Source: Psammoneis japonica (taxonomy: Eukaryota). Taken from it: 64,000 nucleotides of DNA. A model generated the notes under the pieces. That model searched no databases. It had not been told where the DNA came from and saw nothing but the letters and a program-made list of their open reading frames with translations. Of this stretch, positions 13,436-24,366 are shown piece after piece (the first letter of the stretch is position 1; every line of letters begins with the position of its first letter). The DNA lies in assembly GCA_008632985.1 (NCBI GenBank), contig QPGO01000167.1:62001-126000 (forward strand). The letters run 5' to 3'. The position numbers were made by a program, and so were the translations under genes.

Positions 13436-14569
13436 GCAGGACACACGTAGAATTGCTGCTGAGTGATTGACATGCCGTGGATTTTCCGCCGGCACACAAT
13501 CTGCGTGGTCCACATGGAACATAAATTTGTGTTTGTCTCTGAGGCCATCACATGTCATTGATTTTGCTGAGGCCTCCAATGTGTGTGCACACCAATTCAA
13601 AAGTCTGACAGAACACCCCGAAAGAACTCTGGAATCTGGATAAAAAAATTTCCATTTAACGGTGCGAACAGGGTTTCCCCGAAGCGCTTCTCAAAATGTT
13701 CTCAGATTGGATGCAGCAAAACATCTGCCATTGGCAAAACAGAGTCACTGTCGGATGAACAGATCCCGTGTTCTTCGCGCGCAAACAACACGACAACGCA
13801 CAACAACACCATGGCGAGAAACGCGAGCGCCGTCCCCTCATCTACAAGCTGGGAATGCGAGATGCTGACGCGTTCCAGGTCCAGGTGGGACCTCGCACTG
13901 CTGAACTGTGACATCGACAGTTTTTTGAGTCTTGTCGCATGTCGCGCACGTAGATTTCTACATGATTTTTTCGATGTTTTGTGTCATTTTACGGTGCACT
14001 TGTTGAGAGATCCGTCCAACAACTTTTGACATTTTTTGTTGCAGCGCGATTCCACAATGTCTTAAGAATCGCGCAGGGCAGGCGAAGTTGCAAAAACGTC
14101 GAGTGGCAAGAGGCATGATTGCACCACAAACTTGGCCGTTTATTTGATGTTGAAGATGAACGCATCCATTGATTAAATTCTTGCACTACGGAGCTCGCAC
14201 GTAGAATTCTGCAGGCCCAATGTCACACGGAGTCCCACCCAGGGCTGGAACGCGTCTGCTGTTGAAGTGGTTGGACAACATGCATGCGCTGCATTCATGG
14301 GTCAAGTTGGGTTTCTTCTCGCTGCTTGTTGTTGCGTCATTTTACAACGTTTTGACCCACGCCGTGTTCTTTGCTTTGTTGCTTCTGCTCGTGCGCCACC
14401 AACAGCTCTTCCTGCAGGGTGTGGCCAGTTGCGCGGCTGCATCGAACCCAAACGTGCGCGACCAACTGGCCCCACCCCGGCTGACTCATGCATCAGATGA
14501 GTGCACAAATGAACAACTGAATTGCCATCGTACACGTGTTGCAGGCCAATCCCGCAAACGAGTTAAAAA

Positions 14570-17500
14570 GACTCATCTCACTCCAATCTTGTTCACAGCT
14601 GTGAACACTGAACATGGCAAGGGCAAGACTCAAACCATTAAGGCACTGCTAGATAGTGGCGCCAGCAGCACTCTACTCGACAGTCGACACTGTAAACGTC
14701 TGCGAAGCCATTCAACGGCTGAGACAAACTGGACTACGGTAGCAGGCTCGTTCAGTACGTCTAACGACTGTACCGTTAAATTTTGGTTACCAGAATTATC
14801 CGAAACTGCAGAACTTAAACATACCGTCCACGTACACAACGGAAAGTTGGGCAAGTACGATATGATTATTGGACGTGACATTCTGGAGACACAAGGCATT
14901 GATATTGTCTTCTCTAAACAGATGATAGAGTGGCCATTAGTCAATGGAGAAGTACCAATGAGGCACGTAGATGCTACGGTAGAAACCTCCTTCTATCTTC
15001 AAGATCCAGAAGCGTTACCTTCGGAAACCGACCGGATTTCGCGTATTTTAGACGCTAAGTACGCGCCGGCCTGCCTCGAGGACATAACGCGAGGGGCAAT
15101 AGGAATTTCTACAGTTCAATAAAACGACCTTTTGGCACTATTGAAACGCCATGAGTCCTTATTTGATGGGACATTAGGAGAATGGAAGGGAGAACCCTAC
15201 CATATCCAACTCAAGGAGGGTGTAGAACCATACCACGCTCGTCCGTATAAAGTACCTCGTGCGTACGAAGCTACGCTACGTAAAGAAGTAGAACGCCTAG
15301 TACGTATCGGTGTTCTCAAACGCGTTAACCGATCCCAATGGGCAGCTCCATCATTTATCATACCGAAGAAAGATTTAACGGTACGCTTTATTAATGATTT
15401 CAGAGAGCTGAATAAACGGATCAAGCGATTGCCTTATCCGATTCCTCATATCCAAGATATGCTACTTAAGCTCGAAGGCTTTATGTGGGCTACATCACTG
15501 GATTTAAATGTGGGCTGTTATCATGTCCGATTGGACACTGACAGTAAGAAGCTCTGCACGCTCATCTTCCCGTGGGGCAAGTATGAGATGCAGGTGTTGC
15601 CCATGGGATCATGTGATTCGCCAGACATTTTCCAAGAACGCATGTCAGGCTCATTTGAAGATCTGTCGTTCGTTCGAACGCACTCAGATGACCTTCTCGT
15701 CGTGACGAAAGGCACCCATGAAGATCACCTCAACAAACTTGAAGAAGTTTTGTTGAGGGTCCAGAAAGCAGGACTAAAAGTCATGCAACTAAATCTCACT
15801 TCTGTCAAACCCAATTAGAACACTTGGGTTGTCTGGTTGACAGAGACGGAATGTGACCAACACCTGACAAAGTCGACGCCATCAAGCGAATCGCGACCCC
15901 AACCAACAAACGCGACCCATGCTCATTTGTTGGCATGGTGAGCTGCTGCCGCGACACGTGGATTAGACGTTCTGAAGTCTTGGCTCCGCCAACACGACTC
16001 GCAAGCGAGGCTGTTGAGTGGGAGTGGATGTCCGTTGAAGACGAGGCGCTCGAAACCGTTGAACGGGTGACATCGGATGATGTTTTGTTGTCACATCCTG
16101 ATTTTAACAAACCCTTTGAGATGCACGCTGATGCCTCTAAATGTCAATTGGGAGCAGCCACATCCCAAGACAACAAACCCATCACCTTTTGCAGCAGAAA
16201 GCTCAACAGTGCGCAATTAAATTGTGCAACAACGGAGAGAGAATTGCTCGCCATTGTGGAGACGTTGAAAGTGCAATTGCACGTGCTGATCATAAAAATC
16301 TCACGTGCGCAGCATTCAACACCGAGCGCGTTATGCGCTGGTGCTTGACATGCGAAGAATGCGGCCCCGAATTACGCTGTGTCAAGGGTGCCCACAACCC
16401 AGTCGCTGACGCTCTCAGTCGCCTTCGGCCAGCACCCAGCTTGCCTTCCGAGGCCAATCCGGATGTGAAAGACACTCCATTGAGTCGTCCTTTACACGAA
16501 GCTTTTAATGCAGACGCGCAAGATGAGACATCTCTGCCTGTTAGCTTCAAGCGCATTCAAAAAGCACAACAAAAGGACAAGTGCCTGCTCTCACGAGTTG
16601 AGGACTCGTCCGACTGCTCCATTTGCGCGTGTCGTGGGGGAGGGTCATCACGACAGTTGATCTGTCATAAGGACAAAATCGCAGCACCACAGTCATTGCA
16701 GGTTCCGCCAACTGAATGGCACCACAAGACACTGTGTCATCCAGGTGAGACACGCACGGAAATGTCCATTGCCCAGCACTTCTGCTGGCCCAGTGTGAGG
16801 TCTACGGTGCATTTTACGTGCGTTGAGTGCGATCGATGCCAGAAGACAACACGCCGAACGCAGTGTTGTGGGAAGCCACCAGAAAAGGTCGCAGAGATAA
16901 TTCCATGGGAGACTCCATGCACAGATGTGACAGGGCCACACAAAATTCAAAGACGCGGAAAGGACACCTTGCAATTGTGGGCAGTCACAATGATTGACCC
17001 AGCAACCGGGTGGTTTGAGATTAAAGAAGTGTCTGTGAAACGCGCAGACGTCGCAGCAAACGTCGTAGAACAAACTTGGCTGTGCAGACATCCGTGGCCA
17101 ACCCAGGTGGTTTATGACCGTGGGACAGAATTTGTGGCAGAATTTAGCCAGATGATTAAAAATGACTGTGGGATTTTGAAGAAACCCATGAGCAAACGGA
17201 ATCCACAGGCGAATGCCACAGTGGAACGTGCACGCCAGACACTTGGCAACATGGTGCGTTGCTTTTCAGTGCAGGACATGGAACTGGACGAAGATGACCC
17301 ATGGAGTGGCATCCTCTCCGCAGTGGCCTTCGCTGTTGGAGCTGTGGCACATGCGACCACGCGTGCAAGTCCCGCGCAATTGGTCTTCGGACGCGATGCG
17401 GTTTTGTCTGTTGCCCATCATGCCAAGTGGAAGCACACAGAAACCAGAAAGCAGAAGCTTGTCCACTTAAACAACAAGCGTGAAAATCAGAAATGCAAGG

Positions 17501-17690
17501 AGTGTCAATGTGCCGCAGGGCAATTGGTGCTTGTCAAACAGGAACAATCCTCTAAGTGCGGTTCTGACAGCCATGCAGGACCCACCAGAGTTGTCCGTGT
17601 GTGTGACAACAGCACGTTGCATGTCCAGAACGGAGCGCTGACAGATGCGTGCAATCTGCGGCAGATTGTGCCCTGTCACCAGCAAGACAT
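14570..17690 (+). pseudogene. Gypsy pol (protease, RT, RNase H, integrase)
   Basis: LLDSGAS protease; DFRELNKRI and THSDDLL (expected YxDD) in RT; ADASKCQLGA RNase H; HH..LCHPG...C..C and VVYDRGTEF integrase; stops and frameshifts. Confidence 0.92.
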
Positions 17691-17724
17691 CCTGTCACTT
17701 GACGGCCCCAATCATGGGGGAGTG

Positions 17725-18156
17725 TGCAGTGTGCCTCGCTGCTGGACAACACGGCGAGACCGTGCATGAGCCTCTTGTGCGTGGCAACGCAGCATTGTCA
17801 ACACGCACCTGGGAAGCACGACCACAGGAGGGCGTGGCTCCAAGTCTTGGGCAATTCCAGAAGGATGCCAAGAGAGCATCCGTGTGAAGCACACTGGCCC
17901 GTCGTCTGGCCCACGATGGCAGCGTGATTCCACACGATGACATCACTCGTGCATGGCGCGTGATGGCTTGATTCGCACGATCCACAATGCGAACGCACGA
18001 TCGATTTAACACGATCCAAATGCGAATGAATGGGGATTTGGCAAGATTCCCTGTTCACACGATCCCATTTTCTCTGCTCTAAACTAGCTCATAATTTTCA
18101 CAACGACAAAGTCGTAACACATCTTCTTTTTCAGCGCCCAGTGCATGCATGGGGCA
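17725..18156 (+). repeat. Gypsy 3' LTR
   Basis: Starts tgcagtgtgcc directly after the PPT; same length as the 5' LTR. Confidence 0.9.
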
Positions 18157-18162
18157 GACGAG

Positions 18163-18360
18163 ACAAACTGTTCTGCCTTTCATGGGACAAGGCCAATGCT
18201 GGCGTGTCCTCCAAAGGTGGATGATGATGATGATGATGATGGCCCTCCAAACACAGTTCAAGGAATGGAAACAGAGCGACCCCCAGAGTCTTTCATGTCC
18301 GATGCAGTGCAGTGCAGGGGCTTTTCACACGGCCGTTTGGTTTGCGGTTCGCAGTGGTGA
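18163..18360 (+). pseudogene. 3' remainder of the host gene split by the Gypsy element
   Basis: TNCSAFHGTRPMLACPPKVDDDDDDD continues ...LLKAA(T) from 11850 in frame if the element ends at 18161. Confidence 0.55.
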
Positions 18361-21300
18361 CCACTTCATTCACGGTTTGCAGCACAGTGACCAAACTGAA
18401 ATCTGCCTTGTCTTGCCACCGCCCCCTCCTTCCTGGATGGATGATGTGGACATGGTGGTTTCCACCACTGTCACAGGGGACCATCTGTTGCAGCAGCAGT
18501 GGCACCCGCCAGAGAGCTTTTGATCAGAGCCACTGCCACTGCCGTCCACACATGACCTGTTGGTGTGGTGTCTGCAGCATTGTTGCCACAATTTCTCAGC
18601 AACATTGCTGCTGCTGCAGCCATCACCTTCCTTGTCCCACATGCCATTTGTGGCACTGTGGGAATTTCAGCCCACATGCCCCTGTTTCCTTCACACACTC
18701 GCTGTCGTCGTCATCATCTGCACCATCTCCCTCATGATGATGATTGTTGCCTTTGTTGTCAACAAGAAAGAGGTGGTTGGTTTTGCTGCAGCAGTGGGCA
18801 GAGAAAGCAGGAGAGGGAGATGGGGTGCACTCTCCAGATGCAGGCAGAGATCCATTTGACATTGGGCCCACAGAATTTCACGTGCAAGCTCTGCAGCAAA
18901 ATTGTCAGGTGATGAAGGCATTGATGATCACAAACAAAAAAAGATGCAACTCCTCAAAGAACAAACAAACTCATCCATGGTCAAAGTGCACTGTTTCTTG
19001 TTTGCCCAGGAACACTCTCTTCAGACATCATGGAATGCACCTGACTGGCAGGTTTTCATTCTTGTGAACATGCAGAGCAAATGGTCCTTGGCTTTACAAA
19101 ACAGGCAGGGAGTGGCATGATGTGAAACAATTCTGTGGAAGAGCACCCACAGAGACATGTGTGTGTGTGTGTGTGCAACACATGGTGCATGACAAAAAAA
19201 GTTCATGTCACATGTCAGCACTGCAAGCTCCAACCTGGGGCTGGAACATGTCATGGGGCAGCCCACTGCGTTCCTTCCTTCGATCAGAATGAATCAATCT
19301 GGCCAAGGCTGTGGATTGGCCTCATGCTGGAGCTGCTGCAAAGAACACTTTGGCCTGCAATGCCAGCTGCTTTCAGCAAGCCCAACATTTTGATTGACCT
19401 GGTGTGCAGTCTTCTGGGTTCTGTCTGTCCACCTCACTGCTTTTGTCTGCAATCTTGTTGCTGTGTTTGTGTGCAACCCAAACCATTGTGGCAAAAGCAA
19501 AGACATGCCTCAGCTTGGCTCACTCTTTGGAGTTGTCTGGTTTGCACAAATTGTGTTGTGACATCAACAGGTGCTGCCTGTTGCACATCACAAGTTTGAA
19601 GTTCATTGAGAACTTCCAGGTGAACCACAGCCGCCAAAGCAGCCAGGGCAAGTGTGCAGCGAGTGGCACAGCAGCGTTGTGTGGCCAAAGCAAAGATGTG
19701 CTTCAACTTGGCTCACTCTTTGGAGTCATCTGGTTTGCACAAATTGTGTTGTGGCAACAACAAGTGCCTGCAGCAAATCACAAGTTTGAAGTTCATCAGG
19801 AACTTCCAGGTGGACCACAGTGCAAGTGCAGCGATTGGTGCAGGAAGCCTCCTCTTTGCAGAGAGGGCTTCCTTTTGGCGACATCCATTTGAAAATGCGG
19901 AAGAAGCCGAAAGGGCAGTCAAGTGCCCAAAAGAATGCTTGTCATGGATGGCAAATTGCGTTTCTCCCCCTCTGCCTGATCTGGTTCGAGCCCACATTTT
20001 TGAACACTGCACGTCGCTGCCTTGTCCTGCCTTGTTTTTTGAGCCAGGCGATTTGTGCTTGCAGGTCGTTTGGTCTGACGACGATCAGAACCGGATCAGT
20101 TTGGCAGACTCATTTTACATTGCTCGAAAGACAGTGGGTTGAGCTTTTTGTTGATGCAGTTCTTGCCGCATCCCGTTCTCCCGGCACTGGTTGCATTTTT
20201 TCACTGTGGTGGTTCTGTCGTTGTCAAAGTGTGTGCCAGGCAGATGTGTTTTCATCCCAGGTGAGAAACTTTTGGACACATCACGAGGTTTTCTACGTGT
20301 TTCTGCATGAGACGTACATTTGGCACCAAAAATCTTAGTAAAAAACGAGCTCCATGACAGCAAAAACACATTTTTTTCCATGTCTCGAACCACAAACCAC
20401 AATTCGCGCAAACCGAAAATGGCACCATGCCGTCGCCATGAACTCGTCCATTCTTGCACCAATGGATGTTGTGACTGAGAAGGCAAGAATGCCGAGACAG
20501 GTCAACAAGACAACGCTCAATGCGATGATGTGGTTGAAAATTTGATCTTTGTTTTTTGTTGTGCCTTGTGGATGGCCTTTTGACTCATGATGTTTTTGAT
20601 GCCTCTTTCTCTCTTCCTCCGCTTGCGAAGCAGGATTCTCATCAACGCGCTGCTCCATCTGCTTGACACCGGATGCTGACAATGAAGAATGTTTCTGTGA
20701 CACGTTGCTGTGATTCTTGTGATGCATCGTCCGCACTTTGAGTCGTCATGGACGACGCTTTTGGGTCGCGCGACAACATCAGATTTCGCCACCGACAAGA
20801 GAATCGTCATGTGTTCTGTTTTGAGGGTGTGTGAGGATAAAGAATCTCAGATGCAAGTGTGACAGTTTCATTGTTGTAAAGTAGAACAACACCATCAGCG
20901 ACATCTTGGTGTTGCAGCCATTTTGTTTTATTCTAAGATAGAACTGGTCATTTTGAGCGGTGAAATTTTGTCAACATTTCATCTTTAACTCTGCCCAGGC
21001 ATGTCAAATCACACAACAACCAGACACACATTGAACTTTGACGCTGCCATTTCAATCCCATTGTTTTATTCACTCAAGCATCCCACACAGGTCAACAAAT
21101 CAGTCGATCTTTGAAATGGCCGATCGCGCAAAAAAATCACGTGCGAAGTCAGTTCCCCCGATTTTTCTCGCGCAAATGACAGAGTTAGAACACCGTTCTT
21201 TTTTGGTGTGAGCTCTTTGTGCAATGAACAATGCGTGCATTCTTTCAAAGCAGTCAGATTCGGTGAAAGAAACAGTGGAACAGTCTCTCAAATGCACCAG

Positions 21301-21877
21301 AACAACAACAACGAGCAGATGGCTGTCAGCTTCACTCCAAAAAATGCCACTTTCGAGACAGCGCTTTTCTTGCACGCACCCTTCAACCAATGAGAACAAT
21401 GGCTGGCTTTTCAAAATAAACATGTCTGTGGAAAGAAGAAACGAAAAATCGGGGGAAAGTCCAGTCAGATTTGCTCACACAAAAAGCACGGCGACGGAAA
21501 AGGGACAGATGAAACGTCTCACCTCCGTGTGCGCGTTTCTCACCTGGGATGAAAACACATCGGCATGTCATTTTGCACGCCGCTTTAGAAGGATGGGATT
21601 CTAACCTTGCAGCACAATGTGGTCATGTTGAAATGTTCACCGAATCCGCACTGACTCTAGAGAGCAGAAAAGATGATTTCGTAAAATCCCTGCAAGCGAC
21701 TGGCTGTGACTGCCAGCAAAATTCATTCTGCAGCACGCTTTGACAGAAAATGCGACAAAGCATTGACATGTCGCATTGCTGGTGCAGCTTCCGAAGACAC
21801 TCGATTGTGGCCACAGCTTCCTGCAAAACGGGGCTCCTGCGTTGTCGGGATCATCGCGTGAATTCATTGCCAAAAAC
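18360..21877. repeat. TpA-depleted inter-element block with dispersed repeat, tandem repeat and gene relics
   Basis: TA largely absent; 18880-19250 is an inverted relative of 7620-7960; ORF relics at 20115-20810 (-) and 21224-21743 (+). Confidence 0.6.
19487..19821 (+). repeat. Direct repeat, two ~145-bp copies at ~193-bp spacing
   Basis: cttggctcactctttggag..tctggtttgcacaaattgtgttgtg..atcacaagtttgaagttcat..gaacttccaggtg occurs at 19487-19631 and 19680-19821. Confidence 0.85.
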
Positions 21878-22252
21878 TGTCAGCCTGTCTGTGCCTGTCG
21901 TGTGATGGACAGACTGGATGCGGATGATGGCCAGACCATTTAGATGGACGAGCAGATCTCTCTGAGATCTGCTTCTCACTTTCTCATCTACCAGCACTCA
22001 TGTTGTCACAGTCCTGGTGCTTTGGGGAGTCTTTCACACCTCTGTCACTGTCGACCTTCTTCGGCACTCTGTCAGGTTGTGGCCATGTGCTGTGCCACAG
22101 ACCTCTGCGCCAAGCTTTCTGTCTCGATTCATTTGTTTTGTGAGCCGATCGAGCGAGCCTCATCGTCTGATCCAACAACTTTTTGTCTCGCTTTCCCGGC
22201 ATTTTTCACGACCGTAGAAACACACCAGATTTCTGCGCGTGCATGACCAAAA

Positions 22253-24366
22253 ATGGCTCCACCCACTAAAACCATGGCGTCTCCCGACCTTGCAAAAGCC
22301 GCTCCTGCGTCAATTGCAGAGATCTGCTGTGAATTTGAGGCACATGCAACGACACCACATCCACATCAGTGCCTGAGTGCGGTTCGCACAGACTCCACAA
22401 CTGATCTCGATCGATTTTTTGACGATCCAGAGCATGTGCAACCCAAGAACGATTTTGCGGACATGCTTCGCGATTGTTTCATCCATGAAGCATTTCCACC
22501 TTACACAGCTGATCCCATGGATGTAGAATCAATCAAGACGATTGTGGATCAAGCCCTGTTCAGACTTCTTGACCCTCAAAGGCCTCATCCAGTCCGCCTG
22601 ACAACTCTGATCTCATCAAAGATGATCAAGACGAATCTTCAGAACGGCGAACAATCTCTGTTCATCATCACATCTGCCCAACACATGCATGTTGATCCAG
22701 ACATGACATGGAACTGTCGCAATTGGAACGAGTTCTCTCTTGCACCCCACCAGAAGAACCAGCAGCCTCCGTCTTCTTCTCAGAAACCCACAGGACCTGC
22801 TGCATTGACTGTGACTGACTTGGTGACTGCACTCAACACATGCACGTCGAGCCATGCTCCGCCTTCTACAGCTTCTGCTGAGACATCTGGAAGCACCACA
22901 TCTTCCGCAACATCGAAATACCTCTTCAATCCGAACACACTTCCCACAGACGTTCGTGCACGCTACGACCACAAAGAAGACGGAAAAGTTGCTCTTCAGA
23001 GCTCTCTCGTCCCTTGCGACCATGGATTCCGTCACTGTGTTGATGCATCCGATCGCATCATCCTCAACGATGGCACCCTTTTCATCATGAGCTCGACTCC
23101 TGATCAGAAAATGCTGTTCAGAGAACCTCCTGCATGTCATGACGACTCTCCCCCTGGGATGCGAGCATGGCACCAAAATCTCCAACGTCATGCCTTTGAT
23201 TCAGGTTGCTGCATGCATCCCCTGTGGCGTTTTGCTGAGGATCACGGTGGTGAGAAGGGTTTTGAGATCGGCAACGGCAAGGATGATGACTTACCTCAAC
23301 GCATGTACGTCCACTGCAAGGAAGCTCAGAGTTCTCTCCACAAAATCCTCTCCAAGTCGGACATGTTCCCCAAGAATGGCAAGCATCATCGGATTGTTGC
23401 ATCGTGCCACGGCAACGGATGCAAGGCTCTAAAGCAGATCATCTACGAGAATCACCCTGCCTTTGATCATGATGCTGCTGGACTTGTTGATTCCATCCCA
23501 TCCAAGGCAATCAATCTTCAACGGACTGCCACATGTTCTTCAATGATTTCCCACAGCTGCGTGCCTGCATTTTTGACACGGACTCTACGTTGAACGATCC
23601 ACGGGAGATGACTGTCTTTGTCAAGAACACCAAGTGCTCCAAGTTCTTGTCACATGCTGCCAGAGATGAACGGAAGTCTCCAGCCATGCAGAAGAAGCAC
23701 ACGGATGCACAGATTGTCAAGACTCTCTCTGATTTCCTCCGCCAACCGGATGGTCCATCCCTTCCCACTCGCATGACGCAATCCAACCCATGCCGTGCAT
23801 GGAATCGAGCAGATGCTTCTACACGACGCACACCTGCCAATGTCAACTCCACCCAGATCCCTGAGACACCCCTCCGTGAACCAGTTGATGACTCTGCCAC
23901 TGAAGATCCTGGTGCAGAATCTCCACCTCCGGATGCCTTTGACACTCTTTGCGACGAATTGCACGAACTCGAGATCCCATCTGCGGACGAAGATCGAATC
24001 CTTCACCATGCACACTCGGCTTCAGTCTGTGGGCTGAAAGTCACTCCGCATGAAGCCTCCAAGAAACCATGTCTTGTCTGCTCCGGAGAGCATTTGTTTG
24101 ATGACTGTCCAGTCCTGAAGAATGGCCCGTACATCAAGGGCTTCCACATCCGTTTTTGTCAATTCTTAAAATGGGAAGCAGCTGTGCGTGCTTCTGAGTT
24201 CCAAGGACCCCAAGGTTTGCTCCCACCTCATCATGACAATCCTGAAAATCCGCCTCCGTCTGGTGCTCAGCCCTCGGATTTTCAATCGGGCCGTCGCAGC
24301 TGGTTTCGGATCTCCGACGCTGCCCGTCATCTCCTCACCGAGACAAGACCAATGTCAGCGGGATGA
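22253..24366 (+). pseudogene. Copia 1 gag-like region
   Basis: Two overlapping ORFs (frameshift ~23500); zinc knuckle CLVCSGEHLFDDCP. Confidence 0.75.

Larger units (their letters stand above)
11851..18161 (+). mobile_element. Ty3/Gypsy LTR retrotransposon, full length but decayed
   Basis: Two ~432-437 bp LTRs, PPT catgggggag before the 3' LTR, domain order gag-PR-RT-RH-IN, 4-bp TSD candidate GACG/GACA. Confidence 0.95.
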
